From Gaiellaceae bacterium (GTDB lineage: Bacteria; Actinomycetota; Thermoleophilia; Gaiellales; Gaiellaceae): DNA of 24,000 nucleotides. The stretch spans positions 9,702 to 33,701 of the forward strand of contig DATLXM010000138.1 in the NCBI GenBank assembly GCA_035575835.1. Reading direction: 5' to 3'. Below are positions 22,562-24,000 of this stretch, piece by piece. Position numbers and translations under genes: made by a program. Each line of letters begins with the position of its first letter. Within the stretch, counting starts at the first letter, position 1. The notes below the pieces were generated by a model. The model saw only the letters and a list, made by a program, of their open reading frames with translations, searched no databases and was not told the DNA's origin.

Positions 22562-24000
22562 CCGAGCTTCACCGCCACGTGCTTGACGCGGGTGTACTCC
22601 TCCATCGAGTAGATCGACATGTCCTTGCCGTATCCCGACTCCTTGAAGCCGCCGTGCGGCATCTCCGAGGAGAGCGGGAAGAGGTGCTCGTTCACCCAGA
22701 CGGTGCCGAACTCGAGCTTCTTCGCGGCGGCGAGCGCCCGGCCGACGTCGCGGCTGAACACCGACGCTGCGAGTCCGTAGCGGGTTCCGTTCGCCATCGC
22801 GAGCGCGTCGTCGTCCGATGCGAAGCGCTGGATCGAGACGACCGGGCCGAAGACCTCGCGCTGGACGATCTCGTCGTCCTGGTTCACGTCCGCGACGATC
22901 GTCGGCTTGACGAAGAAGCCGCGGTCGCCCACGGACTCGCCGCCCGTGACGACGGTGGCGTGCGCGGGCAGCCGCTCGAGGAAGCCGAGCACGCGCTCCC
23001 GCTGCTCCTGCGAGATCACGGGGCCCATGTCGACGTCCTCGCCGTCCGCGGGATCGGCGGTCTTCATCGCCTCGATCACCGAGACGGTGGCACTCATGAC
23101 GTCGTCGTAGATCCGCTCGCTGACGAGGATCCGCGAGGAGGCGGTGCAGTCCTGACCCGAGTTCCAGAAGCCGCCGATCTTGATCGCCTCGGCGACCTGC
23201 TCCGGATCTGCGTCGTCGAGCACCACCATCGGCGCCTTGCCGCCCAACTCGAGGTGGACGCGCTTGAGCGTGTCGGCGGCGTTCCGGGCGATCGTCTTCC
23301 CGGTCTCGATGTCGCCCGTGAGCGAGACGAGCCGGATGTCCGGGTGGCGGACGAGCCCGTCCCCGACCGGGATCCCGTCGCCCGTGATCACGTTGAAGAC
23401 GCCCGGCGGGAGCACGTCCTGAGCGAGCTCGGCAAACCGGAGTGTCGAGAGCGGCGTCTGCTCGGCCGGCTTGATGATCGAGATGTTCCCGCCGGCGAGA
23501 GCCGGGCCGAGCTTCCAGACCATCATCATCAGCGGGTAGTTCCAGGGCGTGATCCCCGCGACGACTCCGAGCGGCTCGCGCCGGATGATCGAGGTGTAGC
23601 CCTCCACGTACTCGGCTGCGGCCTTGCCCTCCAGATTCCGGGCGGCGCCTGCGAAGAAGCGGAGGTTGTCGGCCGAGAAGGGCATCTCGTCGCGGGCGAT
23701 CGACATCGGCTTGCCCACATTCTGCGACTCGAGCTGGACGAGCTCCTCGGCGTTCTCGTCGATCACGTCCGCGAGCGCGAGCAGGAGCTCCATCCGATCC
23801 TTCGGCGTCTTCTCGAGCCACTCGGGGAGTGCCTTCATCGCCGCTGTGACCGCGCGGGTGACGTCCTCCGCGTTGCCGCGCGGGACCTCGGCGATCGTCT
23901 CGCCCGTCGAGGGGTTCAGCACGGGCATCGTCTCGCCGGAGGAGGACTCGACCCACTCGCCCCCGACGTAGTTCTTGTACTGGGTGATCGCCACGCTCAC
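22558..24000 (-). CDS. patD: Gamma-aminobutyraldehyde dehydrogenase-like NAD-dependent aldehyde dehydrogenase
   Basis: 480 aa. By recall it is closely collinear with E. coli PatD/YdcW (FFAGAARNLEGKAAAEYVEGYTSIIRREPLGVV..PWNYPLMM; ELGGKAP; GQDCTA; SEMPHGGFKESGYGKDMS). The ORF begins with a GTG exactly at the window edge (24000-23998), so the true start could lie just outside. Confidence 0.85.
   Translation of the reverse strand: MSVAITQYKNYVGGEWVESSSGETMPVLNPSTGETIAEVPRGNAEDVTRAVTAAMKALPEWLEKTPKDRMELLLALADVIDENAEELVQLESQNVGKPMSIARDEMPFSADNLRFFAGAARNLEGKAAAEYVEGYTSIIRREPLGVVAGITPWNYPLMMMVWKLGPALAGGNISIIKPAEQTPLSTLRFAELAQDVLPPGVFNVITGDGIPVGDGLVRHPDIRLVSLTGDIETGKTIARNAADTLKRVHLELGGKAPMVVLDDADPEQVAEAIKIGGFWNSGQDCTASSRILVSERIYDDVMSATVSVIEAMKTADPADGEDVDMGPVISQEQRERVLGFLERLPAHATVVTGGESVGDRGFFVKPTIVADVNQDDEIVQREVFGPVVSIQRFASDDDALAMANGTRYGLAASVFSRDVGRALAAAKKLEFGTVWVNEHLFPLSSEMPHGGFKESGYGKDMSIYSMEEYTRVKHVAVKLG

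Noticed and set aside
1-24000. Scan for CRISPR arrays, tRNA/rRNA genes, IS elements with terminal inverted repeats, integrases, toxin-antitoxin pairs and known defence-system genes
   Set aside because: I saw no spaced direct repeats, no cloverleaf-like or rRNA-like segments, and no transposase, recombinase, nuclease, helicase or NTPase signatures outside the ABC transporters. This was a manual scan only and should be confirmed with tRNAscan-SE, Infernal/Rfam, ISEScan, DefenseFinder or PADLOC.

Overview
This is a high-GC segment (about 70% by eye) that looks like Actinomycetota chromosome in codon usage and gene content. It is densely packed. I support 21 protein-coding genes and found no rRNA, tRNA, CRISPR array, transposase, integrase or recognisable phage or defence gene. 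Genes in order: (1) the 3' part of a secreted beta-propeller/PA-domain protein; (2) on the minus strand, a LivJ-type solute-binding protein, an acyl-CoA dehydrogenase and a thiolase; (3) a tightly coupled minus-strand operon of RmlD-like SDR, DUF255/YyaL thioredoxin-domain protein and two-domain GNAT; (4) a small 4-TM protein and a DedA protein; (5) a family III CoA-transferase convergent with an HMG-CoA-lyase-like gene; (6) a MacB/FtsX-type ABC exporter (ATPase plus 852-aa double-FtsX permease); (7) two genes of unknown function, one Rossmann/methyltransferase-like and one pentapeptide-repeat with a TM tail; (8) a six-gene, almost gapless putrescine uptake and catabolism operon (patD-like aldehyde dehydrogenase, potA, potD, potB, potC, class III aminotransferase). 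Most of the window is ordinary metabolism and transport. The best candidate for something undescribed is the GTGA-coupled unknown-function pair at 15374-17169. It has lower G+C than its flanks, each gene shows an apparent reading-frame break, and it lies directly upstream of the ABC exporter. The second candidate is the SDR/YyaL/GNAT operon. A recurring TAGGCT hexamer lies 6-7 nt upstream of three operon-leading start codons, which suggests leaderless transcripts. All functional calls come from reading motifs in the supplied translations. No database search was run.
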